Shown here one piece after another: positions 56,205 through 64,000 of a DNA stretch of 64,000 nt (positions are counted from its first letter, which is position 1; every line of letters starts with the position of its first letter). The translations under genes and the position numbers were made by a program. The DNA lies in NCBI GenBank assembly GCA_903858275.1, contig CAIOIC010000017.1, positions 5,930 to 69,929 of the forward strand. The letters run 5' to 3'. Source of the DNA: an uncultured Verrucomicrobia subdivision 3 bacterium (GTDB lineage: Bacteria; Verrucomicrobiota; Verrucomicrobiia; Limisphaerales; UBA11358). Below the pieces are notes generated by a model. That model ran no database searches, was not told where the DNA came from, and worked only from the letters and a program-made list of their open reading frames with translations.

Positions 56205-56873
56205 TCACTTCAAGCCCGCCGGCACGATGAGTGAATTAAAGAAATCCCCGCCGCGCAAGGCGATCAGCACGGCCAAGCCGGCGAGATCGGCAGGGGTTTT
56301 CACGTTTTTGATTACGCAATTCTCGATGCCGATGGCTTGCGTGCGGTTATTGCGCTGGTCTTTCAGGTCAATAAATTTTGCCGTTCCGACCGACACGTTC
56401 AAAACCTCGATGCCCTTGAAATCGAGTCCGGTCTTTTTCTTGAATCCGGAAAGGTCTTTGCTCCTGGCGACAGATTCCTTCGTCGGCATCGCGAGGCCGA
56501 GTGAAAAGATATTCGTCCGGCCGGACTCGTTTTTCACAATGTCCAGTTCGCCTAGGTTGAAGCGCAGCAGCGTGATGTGGATCTGATTATTTACGAGGGC
56601 CGCGCGGTCGTATTCTACGTGGATTTCCGGGATGTCCAGAAATGGCGTGCCGCCGAAATCCGGTGGGTTGTAGATTTTCAAATTCTGGATGGTCACCACC
56701 GACTCAATCAGGCCGAGGTGAAACTTGCCGATCTCCGCCTCCATGCCGGTTTGCGAGCGGATGTTGTGCTGCACCACGACGCGCAGGATGGAATCCAGCG
56801 ACAAAACCAAAACCACCGCCAGCACCACGGCCAGCAGCAGCAACCGGAACAGCCATTTGAAAACAAATTTCAT
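56205..56873 (-). CDS. membrane-anchored hypothetical protein (AsmA-N-terminal-like impression)
   Basis: 222-aa ORF with ATG at 56873. TM anchor LFRLLLLAVVLAVVLVLSL followed by a beta-rich region. No firm motif. Confidence 0.55.
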   Translation of the reverse strand: MKFVFKWLFRLLLLAVVLAVVLVLSLDSILRVVVQHNIRSQTGMEAEIGKFHLGLIESVVTIQNLKIYNPPDFGGTPFLDIPEIHVEYDRAALVNNQIHITLLRFNLGELDIVKNESGRTNIFSLGLAMPTKESVARSKDLSGFKKKTGLDFKGIEVLNVSVGTAKFIDLKDQRNNRTQAIGIENCVIKNVKTPADLAGLAVLIALRGGDFFNSLIVPAGLK

Positions 56874-56897
56874 GTCGTTGCCGCGCCCGTTGATCTC

Positions 56898-57509
56898 TTA
56901 CAGCCGCACATCTTCCGGCCGGACTTCCAGACATTCATCTTGATCTTCCCAGATCACGGCGGCGTAGCTGTCGAGCAACTTGGGCGCAAGTTCGCGGCCG
57001 GCGCTGGCGAGAAGTTGTTCCGCCTGTTGCGCGGCGCTCTCGTAGGCGGCATCGTAATTGCCGCCGCGCTTGCGCTGGCGGTCGTCCCAGTGCGCCACGG
57101 CGTGGACAGGTTCGTAATTTTTCCCCCACGGTTCAAGAGCGGCGCGGAGTTCGGCTGGGATTTCATCAAACGGCACCAGGATTTCGTTGCAATGCTGGCA
57201 GATGAGACCTTCGGTGCAAACGTCACGCGTGAGCAGCGGCAGAAACGGCGCGCGGCAGCACGGCGATTCCGCGTAGGCGGCAGGCGGCGTGGCGAGCCGC
57301 TTGAACCAAATCTGTTTTTCATGTGCGATTTGCGCGCCCATCCGGTAGGCCCCGACGAGCGGATGCGACAGCCGCCATGCCCGACCCTCGAGCTGGCCAA
57401 GCGTCTGCGCCAGCCAGCGGGCGAGCGTGAGGTCGTCCCACGACTGGAAGGCGCGGCTGTATTCCTGCCAGAGCGAGTCAAGTGGCGAAGACGAAGGTTG
57501 AAAAGCCAT
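56898..57509 (-). CDS. hypothetical protein with a CC...C...CxxC cluster
   Basis: 203-aa ORF with ATG at 57509. It contains ESPCCRAPFLPLLTRDVCTEGLICQHCNEILVPF and no signal peptide. Confidence 0.5.
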   Translation of the reverse strand: MAFQPSSSPLDSLWQEYSRAFQSWDDLTLARWLAQTLGQLEGRAWRLSHPLVGAYRMGAQIAHEKQIWFKRLATPPAAYAESPCCRAPFLPLLTRDVCTEGLICQHCNEILVPFDEIPAELRAALEPWGKNYEPVHAVAHWDDRQRKRGGNYDAAYESAAQQAEQLLASAGRELAPKLLDSYAAVIWEDQDECLEVRPEDVRL

Positions 57510-57569
57510 TAGAATCAGAATGGCGCGGCGAAAGGTTTTTGTCGAGCAGCGGGAAAAGGTTTTTGAGAC

Positions 57570-57600
57570 AAAAAACAGGAACCCATCTCTGGATTCCTGT
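57570..57600 (-). terminator. rho-independent terminator of the Gly-zipper lipoprotein gene
   Basis: On the minus strand, ACAGGAATCCA-GAGA-TGGGTTCCTGT (11-bp stem, one mismatch) is followed by TTTTTT. Confidence 0.7.
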
Positions 57601-57632
57601 CTTGAAAGTTTGTTTTATGAAACAACTTTAAA

Positions 57633-58361
57633 TCACCGCCAATGGCCGCGTTCGGCATGCCAATGGCGCCCATCGTGCCAGGTGCGGCCACCCACCCAGA
57701 CCGTAAAGCCCCGTGGCGGAAGACCCCAATAACCGGCCCGCCAGACCCACCCGCCAGCCCAGATCCATTCGCCGCGAATCCAGACATAACCCGGCCCGGG
57801 CGTAATCACGACGGTTTCCGCCGGCAGCGGCGGCGGGGCTTGCTGCACCACGACCGTGCTGGTGGTGGCGGTGTTGGCTCCCACTGAAGCCGGGGTATCA
57901 ATCATGTAATTGACCACCTTGTTGGTCACGCCGGCATCGCGCAGATCAATGATGTCGGCCGCGCTCAAGTGGAAAATGGTGCGTGAATTGTGAATCTGAT
58001 TGATGATCACGTCCTCGCTAATGCCGGCTTTGGCCAGCGCCTTGACGTCGGCAATGCTCAGCGGCGTGCCTTGGCCGATCCGGGCATACGTTTGCGGCGC
58101 CTGCGCCTTGAGGCGCGCCTCCTGTTCCCGGTCGGCGGCATTGCCGATCAATCCGCCCGCCACCGCACCGACTGCTGCGCCGATCAACGCATCCTGCCCG
58201 CCGTGATGGCGTCCGCCGATGGCCGCGCCGGTGAGCGCGCCAAACGCCCCGCCAATCAACGCGCCGGTTCCGGTGTTGTTTTGTGAGCCATCCGGGTTTA
58301 CGCAGCCTGACAGCAAAACTGCCAGACTCGCGACCGATAAAACCAAGGTGTGTCTTTTCAT
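57633..58361 (-). CDS. lipoprotein with glycine-zipper region and C-terminal YXWGXW-type repeats
   Basis: ATG at 58361 gives MKRHTLVLSVASLAVLLSGC (lipobox). The Gly-zipper is GALIGGAFGALTGAAIGG ... IGAAVGAVAGGLIG. Two copies of an xxADVxxLxxAGxSxxVI motif follow. The C-terminus reads GYVWIRGEWIWAGGWVWRAGYW. Confidence 0.7.
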   Translation of the reverse strand: MKRHTLVLSVASLAVLLSGCVNPDGSQNNTGTGALIGGAFGALTGAAIGGRHHGGQDALIGAAVGAVAGGLIGNAADREQEARLKAQAPQTYARIGQGTPLSIADVKALAKAGISEDVIINQIHNSRTIFHLSAADIIDLRDAGVTNKVVNYMIDTPASVGANTATTSTVVVQQAPPPLPAETVVITPGPGYVWIRGEWIWAGGWVWRAGYWGLPPRGFTVWVGGRTWHDGRHWHAERGHWR

Positions 58362-58589
58362 ATTCAAAATTTGTTGCCTGCCATTATAGCAGACAATGGA
58401 TAGAACGCCCCAATTCAAAAAAAGTTGCGCGCCGGGCTTGCGCGGTGGGGCGAGCGTCCCCGCGAGCCGCTTTGATAATCCATGCACCCGCCAGATTCGG
58501 CTCGCCAGGAGTCTCTCCGGCCGGCTTCTTTTCGTGTGGTTTGTGTATTTCGTGGTTTATAAATCCCGATTTTTTGGCTTAATTATGCC

Positions 58590-59363
58590 GTGATTGCAAA
58601 ACGTGTCATCCCGTGTCTCGACGTCCACGACGGTCAGGTCACGCGCGGCGTCCAGTTTGGCGTCGCTGAGAAGGGCGGCCTGAAAAACGTCGGCGACCCG
58701 GTGGAACTCGCCCTGCGCTACAACGAACAGGGCGCGGACGAAATGGTGTTCTTCGACATCACCGCCACCGCGCACGGTCGCGGCACGATGGTCGAGGTGA
58801 TCGAGCGCGCGGCCGACCAATGCTTCATGCCCCTCACCGTTGGCGGCGGCATCAAGTCCGTGGATGACATGTTCACCATGCTGCGCGCCGGGGCGGACAA
58901 GATATCTATCAACTCCAGCGCCATCGCCAATCCCGAACTCATCCGGTCGGGTGCGGAAAAATTTGGCAGCCAGTGCATCGTCGTCTCCATTGACGCCAAG
59001 AATATTTCGCCGGATAAATGGGGCGTGTTCTCGCACGGCGGCCGCAAGGACACCGGCCTGGATGCCCTCGAATGGGCCAAGAAAGCCGTGGCGCTCGGCG
59101 CGGGCGAGATCGTGCTCAACTCCATTGATGCCGACGGCACCAAGCAAGGCTTCGATCTCGTCATCACCCGCCGCATCAGTGAATCCGTGGGCGTGCCCGT
59201 GGTGGCCAGCGGCGGCGCGGGCAGCTTGGAACACATGGCCGAAGTGCTGCTGGCAGGCCGGGCCGACGCCGTCCTCGCCGCGAGCATTTTCCATTTTGGC
59301 ACCTACACCGTGGGCGATGTGAAACGGTTTTTGAAGGAAAAGAATATCCCAGTGCGCCTATGA
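58590..59363 (+). CDS. hisF: imidazole glycerol phosphate synthase, cyclase subunit
   Basis: (M)[32 protein letters not shown] and [18 protein letters not shown] start at 58590. Confidence 0.95.
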   Translation: MIAKRVIPCLDVHDGQVTRGVQFGVAEKGGLKNVGDPVELALRYNEQGADEMVFFDITATAHGRGTMVEVIERAADQCFMPLTVGGGIKSVDDMFTMLRAGADKISINSSAIANPELIRSGAEKFGSQCIVVSIDAKNISPDKWGVFSHGGRKDTGLDALEWAKKAVALGAGEIVLNSIDADGTKQGFDLVITRRISESVGVPVVASGGAGSLEHMAEVLLAGRADAVLAASIFHFGTYTVGDVKRFLKEKNIPVRL

Positions 59364-59428
59364 CGCGAAACCACCTCGACTCCAGTGCGATTGTATATAT
59401 TTGAAATTACAGAATGCTTTTTTGAAGA

Positions 59429-60295
59429 ATGATTATCGCAAAAATCAACCATGGACTCGGGAATCAATTATTCCAATATGCCACTGGACGAAGTTTGGCG
59501 CGGCAACTAGGCACCCGGTTGATTTTAGACACCTCTGCATATTCGTCATCCACTTTCCGGCAGTATAAACTTAACCATTTCAGAATTTCGCAGCCTATTC
59601 TTAATCCGCTTGCCCGGTTTGCGATCCGCAAATTACGGCGACCCGTGCTGGCCCCCATCCGTTTGCTCGCGCAGAACTGCGGTGTCATCCGCTTCATGAA
59701 GGATAAAGAGCGCGGTTTTGATAAAAACCTTTCCGGCTTGGGAAAGAATTTGCATCTGGAAGGATTCTGGCAAAGCGAGCGGTATTTTGCCGATTTGCGC
59801 GAGACGTTGCTGGCGGAATTGACGTTGCCCGCACCAACCCAGCCTGAGGCGGGACGAATGTGGGCGCGCATGAATGAGGAAATTTCCGTCTGTGTGCATA
59901 TTCGGCGGGGCGATTATGTTACCACGAAACATGGCCAGACTCACTGGGCGACGTGTGGTCTGAAGTATTACGCCGCCGCCATGGCTTACCTCGAAGAAAG
60001 AGTTGTGGGTGCCAGATATTATTTTTTTTCTGATGACCCCGACTGGGTGCAAGCTAATTTCGCCCCTGCCGCCAACCGGGTATTCGTGACGAGTCGGATG
60101 GCTCGGAGCGATATTGAGGATTTCAGCCTGATGATGAACTGCCGGCATTTTATCATCGCCAATAGCACCTTCAGTTGGTGGGCGGCGTGGCTGGGAAAGC
60201 AGCCGGACAAACGCGTGATTGCTCCCAGATACTGGTATCGCTCCCAAAAATTCACGGACAAAGATTTGGTGCCAGATTCCTGGGTCCGGCTGTGA
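59429..60295 (+). CDS. alpha-1,2-fucosyltransferase (GT11 family)
   Basis: MIIAKINHGLGNQLFQYATGRSLA, VCVHIRRGDY and a C-terminal IIANSTFSWWAAWL. Visibly AT-richer than the neighbouring genes. Confidence 0.8.
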   Translation: MIIAKINHGLGNQLFQYATGRSLARQLGTRLILDTSAYSSSTFRQYKLNHFRISQPILNPLARFAIRKLRRPVLAPIRLLAQNCGVIRFMKDKERGFDKNLSGLGKNLHLEGFWQSERYFADLRETLLAELTLPAPTQPEAGRMWARMNEEISVCVHIRRGDYVTTKHGQTHWATCGLKYYAAAMAYLEERVVGARYYFFSDDPDWVQANFAPAANRVFVTSRMARSDIEDFSLMMNCRHFIIANSTFSWWAAWLGKQPDKRVIAPRYWYRSQKFTDKDLVPDSWVRL

Positions 60296-60384
60296 TTTGC
60301 CCTGTCAGAATGCTTTTGGATTGGTCGGGGAGTCCGGCATTGCGTGCCGGTGGTGGCTGGCGGCGGCGTATTACTTAGTTCCAC

Positions 60385-61164
60385 TCATTGATAAATGCGG
60401 ACGTAATCAATCAGGAATTGTTGCGGGAGAACTGAATCATCAATCGGCCCGCCCCAACCGCCGCCAAGGGCGAAGTTGAGCAGCAGGTATTGCGGTGCGC
60501 GGAAGGGATTACCCGCGCCTTGATTCGCCTTGTCGGTGCGGACGGTGTGGTATTTCTGTTTGTCAAAATAGAAATCAATCTGCTCCGGCGTCCATTCAAT
60601 CGCGTAGATGTGGTAGTCTGCCCAAGGCTGGTTCGCAACCACCTTGCCACCGTCGGATTTATGTTTGCCGTCCACAGAAAAATGAAGGGTGCCGAAAATA
60701 TTTTTGGGTTCTTTGCCGATGAATTCCATGATGTCAATCTCACCGCAGCGCGGCCAGCCGACCTGGGTGATGTTCGTGCCCAGCATCCAGATGGCGGGCC
60801 AGACGCCCTTGCCATGCGGCAGCTTGGCGCGCACTTCGATCCGGCCGTATTGCCAGCTCGCCTTGTTCTTCGTGATGAGGCTGGCGGCGGTGTAATTCAC
60901 CGGGGCATGGTTTGTGGGCGTGAACTGTTCCTTGCGGCATTCGATGACGAGGTGGCCGTTCTCCACGCGGGCATTCTCCTTGCGCTCCTTGGTGTAGTAT
61001 TGGCTTTCGTGGTTGCGGACAAAACCGGTTTCGTAGCCCCATTTGGCCGGGTCGGGCAAACCTTGATAGTTGAATTCATCCGACCAGACGAGTTTCCGCT
61101 CAGCCGCCGCCACGCCGCTGGCGACCGCGATGAGGGTGATGAGGGTGAAAATGAATGTTCTCAT
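60385..61164 (-). CDS. exported GH16-family beta-glucanase (laminarinase-like)
   Basis: Signal peptide, then WPAIWMLG and the catalytic EIDIMEF (ExDxxE). Confidence 0.85.
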   Translation of the reverse strand: MRTFIFTLITLIAVASGVAAAERKLVWSDEFNYQGLPDPAKWGYETGFVRNHESQYYTKERKENARVENGHLVIECRKEQFTPTNHAPVNYTAASLITKNKASWQYGRIEVRAKLPHGKGVWPAIWMLGTNITQVGWPRCGEIDIMEFIGKEPKNIFGTLHFSVDGKHKSDGGKVVANQPWADYHIYAIEWTPEQIDFYFDKQKYHTVRTDKANQGAGNPFRAPQYLLLNFALGGGWGGPIDDSVLPQQFLIDYVRIYQ

Positions 61165-61227
61165 AATTGATGACGATGACGCAGATGGCGGGTTGATGGT
61201 TGAAACAATTTTCTAAAATCATCCAAA

Positions 61228-62403
61228 TCAAGCCGTCGCCAGATTGTCTTCCAAAACTTTGGATTTGCCCGGGGATGGTTCCGCTTCATCGGCTGCTGGT
61301 GCGCCATCCGTAAGTATTTTGATTGGTTCGTAAAAAGTGTTTCGCTGCACTGGCGTGCGGCCGACTTCGCGGATGGCTTTGATCATATCCTTCTCGGTCT
61401 GCAATTGCGGGGCCTGTCCGCCAGCCATGCGGAAGATGTGTTCCTCGATGATCGTCCCGTGCAGATCGTCCGCGCCGTAGCTCAATGCCACCTGTGCCAG
61501 CTTCATGCCTAGGCCCACCCAGTAGGCGGTGATGTGATCGAAGTTGTCGAGGTAGATGCGGCTCACGGCAATCGTTCGCAACGCGTCGAAGCCCGTGGGC
61601 GGCGTCTTCACCGGGATGTCGTTGTTTTCCGGTTGATACGGCAGCGGCACGAAACCGACAAAACCCTTCGTCTCGTCCTGCAACGCGCGCAATTGCCGCA
61701 GATGATCCACGCGGTCGGCGAGCGATTCGACGTGGCCGAACAACATCGTGCACGTGCTGCGTCCGCCCAGTTTGTGCCAGGTGCGGTGAACGTCCAGATA
61801 TTCCCCGGCGGATTCCTTGCCCTTGGCGATGGCATCGCGGACTTCCTTCCGGAAAATTTCCGCGCCGCCACCGGTGAGCGATTCGAGTCCGGCGGCTTTC
61901 AATTCCATGAAGGTTTGCTCGACGGTTTTCTTGGCCATCCACGCGAGGTGCAGGATTTCAATCGCGGTGAAGCATTTCAATTGCAGCCGGCTATCAAGCG
62001 CCTTGAGCGCTTTGAGAAAATCCACGTAGTAACTGAATGGCAGCGACGGATGCAACCCGCCGACGATGTGCAATTCCGTAATGCCAAGCTTCAATGCCTC
62101 GCGAGCCTTTTCGACCATCTGCGGGATGGAAAGCTCGAATCCGTCCGCGTCGCGTTTCTTGCGTGCAAACGAGCAAAATTGGCAGCTGAGGATGCAGTAA
62201 TTCGAGTAGTTGATGTAGCGGTTGATGATGAAGCTGGCGCGATTGCCGACTTTCTTCTGCCGCGCCAGATCGGCGATGGCGCCGAGCGCGTTCAGATCTT
62301 TGGTTTCAAACAATCGCAGCGCATCCGCCTCGGAAATGCGCTCGCCGGCGGCGACCTTGTCGTAGAGGTCGCGCAGTTCGCTGCGTTGGACGAAGAAATT
62401 CAT
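61228..62403 (-). CDS. mqnE: futalosine-pathway radical SAM enzyme (aminofutalosine synthase MqnE-like; MqnC not excluded)
   Basis: INYSNYCILSCQFCSF (CxxxCxxC), LHIVGGLHPSLPFSYY, GGGAEIF and MLFGHVES. Confidence 0.6.
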   Translation of the reverse strand: MNFFVQRSELRDLYDKVAAGERISEADALRLFETKDLNALGAIADLARQKKVGNRASFIINRYINYSNYCILSCQFCSFARKKRDADGFELSIPQMVEKAREALKLGITELHIVGGLHPSLPFSYYVDFLKALKALDSRLQLKCFTAIEILHLAWMAKKTVEQTFMELKAAGLESLTGGGAEIFRKEVRDAIAKGKESAGEYLDVHRTWHKLGGRSTCTMLFGHVESLADRVDHLRQLRALQDETKGFVGFVPLPYQPENNDIPVKTPPTGFDALRTIAVSRIYLDNFDHITAYWVGLGMKLAQVALSYGADDLHGTIIEEHIFRMAGGQAPQLQTEKDMIKAIREVGRTPVQRNTFYEPIKILTDGAPAADEAEPSPGKSKVLEDNLATA

Positions 62404-62413
62404 AAAGCCAGTT

Positions 62414-62638
62414 TCATTCAGTGCTGGCTAGGCCTGTACCCCCTGTAGCGTGACCCGGAAATTTACTTTCCCACTCCTTACGCTTCTTATCCTGTGCAAT
62501 CAAATCCTCCACCTTCTTGCTGGTTATTAAATCAAACATCAACGACTCCGGCAGCTTCTCGCCACAACGACCACAAATTGAATGACGCCGACTGTAAATC
62601 ACCGAACCGCACTTTGGGCATTTGAGTTGCAATTCCAT
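62414..62638 (-). CDS. small zinc-ribbon hypothetical protein (74 aa)
   Basis: ATG at 62638 gives MELQLKCPKCGSVIYSRRHSICGRCGEKL..., with two CxxC pairs. AT-richer than the surroundings. It ends 10 nt upstream of the mqnE-like start. Confidence 0.45.
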   Translation of the reverse strand: MELQLKCPKCGSVIYSRRHSICGRCGEKLPESLMFDLITSKKVEDLIAQDKKRKEWESKFPGHATGGTGLASTE

Positions 62639-62997
62639 TGCGGATATTAAGGCAGTTTTTCCCCAATAACGCAAACACTCAGGGTCTTGAACGGCGTTGC
62701 AGGACAGATTCAAACCCGCAAATTTTGCGCCGGTTGAATTTCGACGGCACAGCTGCCCAAATTCTGGAGGGCGTGTCTAATAATCACGGGCTGGGGAAAC
62801 TGCGGAAAAATCGTTATCGGAAGGCGACGACGCACGGCGGGAACTTTTCTGACGCGTGGAGGAACACGCACGCCAGCCAATGGAGTCGTCGCCATCCGCA
62901 AAGTCAGTGCGGCAAATACATTCTCCACCTGGGAGGGTGCTGATATTTGGTATTTTTTGGCCACGAGACCATACTCGCAACTCGCGTGCCAGAAATC

Positions 62998-64000
62998 TTA
63001 TCTCCGCCCCAGTCGCGCCAGCAGTTTGCCGTGGATGCCGTCGAAACCGCCATTGCTGAAGACACAAATTACATCGCCGCCCTGCGCGTGCTGCGCGAGA
63101 TGTGCCACGATGGCGTTGGCGTCCGGCAGATACGCGGCTTCCTTGCCGGAAGCCTTGATGTCCGCCATCAATTTTTCGGGATTCAAGCGCTCGTCGTCGG
63201 TAATTTGCTCCAGCCGTGCCACTTCGGAAACGACCACGGCGTTGGCGTCGGCAAACGAAGCCGCCAGTTCGTTCTGAAACACATTCCGGCGCGTCGTGTT
63301 GCTGCGCGGCTCGAACACTGCCCAAATCTTTTCCTTCGCATACCGCAGCCGTAGGGCCTTGAGCGTCTCGCGGATTGCCGTCGGGTGATGGCCGAAATCG
63401 TCAATCACCGTCACGCCACCGGCGATGCCCCTTACTTCCATCCGCCGTTTGATGCCCTTGAAGGTGTCGAACGCCGACTGAATTTGCTTGTTCGAGAGGC
63501 CGCAATGTTTTGCCGCACCGATAACGGCGAGCGCGTTCCTCACGTTCAACTCGCCAACCATGTTCAGATGAAACTTGAAGCTGGGAATCTCAAACGTCGT
63601 CGCCGTTGGACCAAAGCGCAGGTTGAAACCCTGCACGGCGTTGCCGTCGGCGAGGCCGAAGCGCTTCACCGGACAATGCGTGACGTTGAGCAGATCCTTG
63701 AGGTTCGCATCATCGCCGTTGCCGAGCAACAGACCGTTGCGCGGCACGAGGCGGATGAAATGACTGAAGGTTTTCTTCACCGCGTCGAGATTGTCGAAGA
63801 TGTCGGCGTGGTCGAATTCCAGGTTGTTGACGATGGCGATCTCCGGCTGATAATGGATGAACTTGCTGCGCTTGTCGAAAAACGCGGTGTCGTATTCGTC
63901 GCCCTCGATAATGAACCATTCACTGTCCGTGAAGCGCGCGCCCTGTGAAAAATTGTTCGGGATACCGCCGATGAGATAGCTCGGGTTCAGTCTATTATGC
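62998..64000 (-). CDS. mpl: UDP-N-acetylmuramate:L-alanyl-gamma-D-glutamyl-meso-DAP ligase (Mpl), C-terminal ~334 codons; 5' end outside the window
   Basis: The frame stays open from 64000: HNRLNPSYLIGGIPNNF...IIEGDEYDTAFFDKRSKF...EFDHADIF..., then VIDDFGHHPTAI, VFEPRSNT and NGGFDGIH. The track ORF start at 63780 is an internal GTG. Confidence 0.8.
   Translation of the reverse strand, partial: HNRLNPSYLIGGIPNNFSQGARFTDSEWFIIEGDEYDTAFFDKRSKFIHYQPEIAIVNNLEFDHADIFDNLDAVKKTFSHFIRLVPRNGLLLGNGDDANLKDLLNVTHCPVKRFGLADGNAVQGFNLRFGPTATTFEIPSFKFHLNMVGELNVRNALAVIGAAKHCGLSNKQIQSAFDTFKGIKRRMEVRGIAGGVTVIDDFGHHPTAIRETLKALRLRYAKEKIWAVFEPRSNTTRRNVFQNELAASFADANAVVVSEVARLEQITDDERLNPEKLMADIKASGKEAAYLPDANAIVAHLAQHAQGGDVICVFSNGGFDGIHGKLLARLGRR

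Noticed and set aside
62710-62964. 84-aa minus-strand ORF between mpl and the zinc-ribbon ORF
   Set aside because: It has a GTG start and a Pro/Arg/Val-rich sequence without motifs, and it coincides with the hairpin-rich region. This is more likely a non-coding leader.

Overview
64-kb stretch of a GC-rich bacterial chromosome. Gene content suggests the PVC superphylum, probably Verrucomicrobiota. This is an inference from a prepilin-type protein with an H-X9-DG C-terminus, many signal-peptide-bearing sugar-isomerase and esterase proteins, a futalosine-pathway radical-SAM gene, and several families of REP-like palindromes. I can support about 59 protein genes and one tRNA-Thr(CGT). I see no rRNA, CRISPR array, transposase, integrase or phage genes. 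Layout: (1) 1-8.1 kb is an exported carbohydrate-active cluster: two large uncharacterised secreted proteins, a sialate O-acetylesterase-type esterase, an SGNH esterase, an exported TIM-barrel isomerase and rhamnose mutarotase. (2) 8.2-10.5 kb holds nusB, a PHP phosphoesterase and ftsY. (3) 10.5-15.1 kb is a tightly packed envelope cluster: a Cys-motif membrane protein, a secreted protein, an H-X9-DG pseudopilin, a CxCxCxC outer-membrane barrel and two SCO copper chaperones. (4) 15.2-19.5 kb holds proA-birA-coaX plus a GIDE/LemA gene broken by one in-frame TAG. (5) 19.5-35.6 kb holds lepB, leuS, a GT2, a SahR-like regulator divergent from metK-ahcY, rdgB, an IMPase, valS, cimA and a DegT aminotransferase. 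(6) 35.7-39 kb holds M3 and M20 peptidases. (7) 39.6-47.3 kb holds rne/rng-rodA-mrdA-mreD-mreC-mreB. (8) 47.5-54.1 kb is a hexuronate cluster: uxaC, an MFS transporter with an inserted DUF805 domain, kdgK, an SDR and a LarA-like gene. (9) 54.1-64 kb holds tRNA-Thr, mazG, proB, three envelope proteins of unknown function, hisF, a visibly AT-richer GT11 fucosyltransferase flanked by 12-bp direct repeats, a GH16, an mqnE-like gene, a zinc-ribbon ORF and mpl (runs off the end). The window is mostly core housekeeping, and I found no convincing defence or mobile system. The items most worth following up are the OM-barrel/SCO cluster, the MFS::DUF805 chimera, the LarA-like gene in a dehydratase-less hexuronate locus, the amber-interrupted GIDE-LemA gene, and short repeat elements sitting in frame inside leuS, proA and rdgB. 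All family assignments come from reading motifs by eye; no searches were run.
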